34,817 nt of DNA. Origin: Nemertoderma westbladi. Its lineage: Eukaryota > Animalia > Xenacoelomorpha. How positions within the stretch are numbered: the first letter of the stretch is position 1; each line of letters begins with the position of its first letter. Below are positions 30,796 through 34,817 of the stretch, one piece after another. The notes beneath the pieces are model-generated. The model was not told the origin of the DNA and made no database searches. It was given only the letters and a program-made list of their open reading frames with translations. The DNA is taken from contig JAUCBJ010000138.1 of NCBI GenBank assembly GCA_032718475.1, positions 1-34,817 of the forward strand. The letters are read 5' to 3'. The position numbers were made by a program, and so were the translations under genes.

Positions 30796-31267
30796 GTTTG
30801 TATGACGGACCTAAGATATTTTGTTTTTTTTAACTTTTCTTCGATGTTTGTTGTTTATTGATGGATGATGAACTGCATTCTGAGACTATTTGGACTGTCT
30901 GTCTGGTTGAATTTATTGATGGTTCACTTTTAAGAATGAAACTTTGCTTTTGTATGTCGAGATACTTGTGAGATACCAGAATTGGTCTTATATTTCTTTA
31001 GTGTCATAACTTGTTTAGCTAGAAGTTGCTCCTTGTGGAACTATTAACCATATGAATTTTATTTGGATGTATAACGTTATTGTTTTAAGCGTATGATATC
31101 GATATATTGTCCGATATTGTCTGTTTATCTGTTGCCGACACGGCGTATGTATAATGTACACTTTGCATATATGGCATTGTCTCACGATTTGTAGTTAAAG
31201 ATGTAGGAAATATATGAGTAATCAAGAATAACAGCGACAATATTGTATTTCATAAGTGAATTTCATA

Positions 31268-31273
31268 AATAAA
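31268..31273 (+). promoter_or_regulatory. Candidate polyadenylation signal of TARDBP
   Basis: First AATAAA I found after the stop, about 470 nt downstream, at the end of a U/G-rich UTR-like stretch. Confidence 0.4.
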
Positions 31274-31949
31274 TGGTCCAACTTCAAAAGCTTTACCAAT
31301 ATATAATAATAATAATGAACCGACAGAAATAGGGGATACCGGTATAAAAACTATTGTACATTTCAACACAATTAACTATATAATATATAATCAAGCTCAT
31401 AATAATCTATCACATTAAAGATTGATGATAAAATTAACAAGTTCACCATTATCGTTTTTTCGTGTGTTAGTTAGCCTTTAGCCAAACCGATAACTTAGAA
31501 ACAACACTTAACTTTAAATTAAACTCAATTGAGTCTCAAATTGTTCCTTTGACCTCATTTCCAGTTAGATACCCGTCCCGTAGTACTTAATCAATTATTA
31601 ACTGTTTGAGATATAGAAACTTCCAAAGTAGTAAATAAAGATACTTTATTTATTTGTATGGAATTAATTTCGCACTACCAAATCGCCAGGGCAACTTATT
31701 TTCCAACTTTATATCGCAGTGCGACATTATTTCTCAGTAGGCCCCTACCTACAGCTACGGCATACATTTACTATGTATGTCCAGATCCATGACCTTTACA
31801 TTCATAACCCGACGTGTTATCCACTACACTAATTTTGTTCGAATTTTATAATTAACATGACATGCTTTCATGTTACTAGGGTGTTCTAGAAAGTTTAAAT
31901 GCATAACTAGGCCTACAAATAATAACCCACAAATAAATGAAATTAGATT

Positions 31950-32057
31950 CGCCATTGTTCATAATTAGCACTTAAAAGCTTTTACGGCCCTCGTTTTGGT
32001 ATTAAACAAAATCACTCGTGCCGTAAAGCTATAAGTACTATTTTATGAACAATGACG
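31950..32057. mobile_element. Short palindromic MITE
   Basis: CATTGTTCATAATTAGCACTTAAAAGCTTTTACGGC ... GCCGTAAAGCTATAAGTACTATTTTATGAACAATG, imperfect ~38-bp inverted arms. Confidence 0.7.
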
Positions 32058-32129
32058 TATATAGTTATAATATAATATATCATATCTATCATATATAATA
32101 TCAGCAAGACACTTTAGACATTAGTGCCT

Positions 32130-32262
32130 ACGTCAACCCATCGGTATAATGGGAACCTGGCTTTGCTGGGGTAATGATAATAAAAGCGCTTTGAGTATGC
32201 TGAGCATAGAAAAGCGCTATATAAATAACCAATATTATTATTATTATTATTATTATCATTAT
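32130..32262 (+). mobile_element. 3' tail of an L2-clade LINE or L2-mobilised SINE
   Basis: AAAGCGCTTTGAG...AAAAGCGCTATATAAAT followed by (ATT)n, the typical L2-type 3' end. The 5' boundary is uncertain. Confidence 0.6.
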
Positions 32263-32984
32263 CGCTAGCGTCCAAAACCCTCCCTCGTTTAATTTGAATG
32301 TAATTTTATTAGTAACAACAAGGCTTTCCAAATTTTGGGGTGTAAAATGATCATAACGTTTGTATTTAATGGGTTATATTAAATATATACTCATGTTGTA
32401 TGATCCCTTTTGTTTCGTATACTGGAACCTGTATATAATTTTTGATAAAACGCATTGATTGAATTGGGATGGAGTTTATATGACTAGGGAATACTAATAA
32501 AGTTTCAATCTTTACTAATCTGTTTGCGTGTAGCAGTAAGAAAACAGTATCAGTCGCATTTTACCGATAACACCAAAACTATGTTTGTTACCTAAATGAA
32601 CGAACGATTGGCCTATCTGCATTGTTAGATACTGTGTGAACAACTGTGTATGTATATAATGTTAAACTTGTGCATCATGTTTCCTTTGAACTCATATACG
32701 TGGTTTATATTATTCACCTTTTCTATTTCCTATAGTAGTATTACGTGGATTATTGACCAAGCCCATGGATTTGGCCGTGGTTTACGATTATGTTGTTTTG
32801 GATATATGTTGTTTCTTAATCAAGGACTCGCGACTATTTCCCAGGTCTTTCAATGATTATAGTTTTGGAATAATTCGAGACGGATATAGAAATGCGCATG
32901 TAGAAATTTACATTTGTATCTAAAATTCTAACATACCGGTAACCTTAAAATTGGCTTCTGACTTATTTTCCTTTTCCCTGACAG

Positions 32985-33028
32985 AAAATACCACTAATTT
33001 TAAGTAAATTGTGGGGCCAGCCATGAAG
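32985..33028 (+). other. Candidate 44-nt exon
   Basis: Branch-like CTGAC (32958), pyrimidine tract TTATTTTCCTTTTCCCT, ACAG acceptor; donor AAG|GTAAGC. Confidence 0.5.
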
Positions 33029-34325
33029 GTAAGCGCGCTTAGCATATGGGTAGCACTATCTCAACATGTGTTTCTGTCGATCACAATATTTAAACGTAAA
33101 TAACTCGGCCAGTCGTCAATGAAATCTAACCAAACTTGGTTCACATGTTATGGCAAAAGTTAAGAAATTTTCCAAGTATAATTTACTTGTAGCCTACGAG
33201 AACCTAAGATAAGGTAAGATTAAGGCAGTTAATTAGTTCATTCTGTTAATTGCAGTACAAAAACAACATTTCCAGCGTGCTCTTTCATGGGAATTAATTA
33301 TTTTCTACTATAACAGTATAACGTTTTTAATTTATCTAAACATAATTAACTTATTAAAATGCCCCTTATCTCCGCGTTACTTGCATCTCTCATGTATCAT
33401 TCCAGTCTGTACACCTCACCACTCGAGCATATTTCCTGACTGCGAAGCATTGACTGCTGCTACACATTACACACGTTACTTCATCACAATACATATTTCA
33501 ACTCAAATTTATGACTGTCTGGGTGGGGTGGGGGTAGGTAATACCATTTGTACAGTTCTAACCCAAAAAATTTGTTATCCCTTCTGATAGAGCTATTTTA
33601 CTATTAATTTATGCCCTAAGTAATCTGTCTTATCATATAATATGAGTGACTCCTTTTTTTTGGAATGGTTTCTTAATTAATGAAGCGGAAAGGTGATTGT
33701 TATCCTAATCTCAACAAACGGCTTATCCATTCCATTTCCATTTAAGCACAACCCAAGCATTTTTATCAATGAAAAGAATAGAATACCATAACATGCTAAT
33801 CCTGTAAACACTACTCAGTTAATAATATTTAAAATATAACATTTATAATTCCCAATATAAAATCAACTCCAAATATTTGGACTGCAGTTTATATTACCGC
33901 AACCTCAGATGAATTAGTAAAAGGCCTATAAGCTCTGTATTAGTTTTATGGCTATAGTAAGAGAACATACCGGTAGGTGAACAGAAGCTATAGTACCGGT
34001 ACCGCGATAGACAGAATAATCTTCTGGATGGGTTGGGTATGAAATACAATACCTTGACAAAACATCAACTTCAACTTGGAAAACGAAGTCACCGGACAAA
34101 AATATATATTTTACGATGTGATTATTAATTATGGTTTTTACATTAGTTTGACCTCTGACTGAAGTATATATATTTATCAGTGGTGTTTGAAAGAAAGCTA
34201 TTTATGTTTGATTTGTCTTTACCGGTTCGGGTATATGAATGAATAATTTGTATCAGATTCCGAATGGAATGAATCCTTTATTTGACTTTACTTCAACCTT
34301 CTTTCTATCTTCTTGATACCTCGAA

Positions 34326-34700
34326 TTATTTTGTAGCTCCATATTTTAACATTAAATTTAATTCGCCCGCCCACTTGCCCAGTTCATGAATTAAATTGAT
34401 ATTCATTATAAACAATTTTATTGCCATATCTCCGGGGCTCAAGTAAGATTTATTAAAATTACATAATGTTTTCAGTTCAGATATCTTCAGTATTGCTGAA
34501 TAAGAACTGGTTTTCCCTCTAATAATTTTCAATGTTTCCACGATTTTGTGATTATTCCCCTCAATAATAAATTATTTGATGGGAATTTTGAAGAATCCCT
34601 GTGAAGCTGGTGGTGGTGGTGGTACGTATATCGCTACAATATGCTTGATCTATATGGACTGGTGACGGAATACAGTAACATGGTATTTATCCTACATTGC
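34326..34700 (-). pseudogene. Possible highly decayed LINE APE-endonuclease fragment
   Basis: Translation IVAIYVPP...*FIIEGNN...SYLSPGDMAIKLFIMN loosely parallels APE motifs IxxIYxPP, IIxGDFN, TY...IDLxI, with stops. Confidence 0.3.
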
Positions 34701-34817
34701 TGAACTGGTCTGATAGGTGGATTGCATTAGATATGGTGAGTCAGTATTTCTTCGTATCCGCTGTATGAATACCCAATTGTGTACTGTTAGCACGAACTTT
34801 GCTTTAATTTTGTATTT

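Overview
AT-rich animal (metazoan) genomic DNA with no prokaryotic features, CRISPR arrays, rRNA or tRNA that I can see. Two host genes have uninterrupted coding sequences: a mitochondrial-type selenoprotein thioredoxin reductase (minus, 2893-4476, ending GC-UGA(Sec)-G-UAA, with a canonical type II SECIS) and a TDP-43 homologue (plus, 29359-30795). Between them is a 14.5-kb, very young BEL/Pao LTR retrotransposon (6017-20533, 1192-bp LTRs, 5-bp TSD AGCTA). It has an intact gag, lacks most of PR and all of RT/RNase H, has a nonsense-interrupted integrase, and carries an unusual 4.7-kb 3' region with a 591-aa zinc-knuckle ORF and structured RNA motifs. Its gag contains six same-phase consensus 5' splice sites. 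After it come a Penelope-like fragment, simple repeats, and a nested cluster (TTAA-flanked TIR element holding an IS3EU remnant, a 52-bp tandem array and a related solo LTR), plus several MITEs. The most novel candidates are the BEL gag splice-donor cluster with the accessory ORF, and the alternative RNA pairings around the TrxR Sec codon. All alignments and folds were done by eye.
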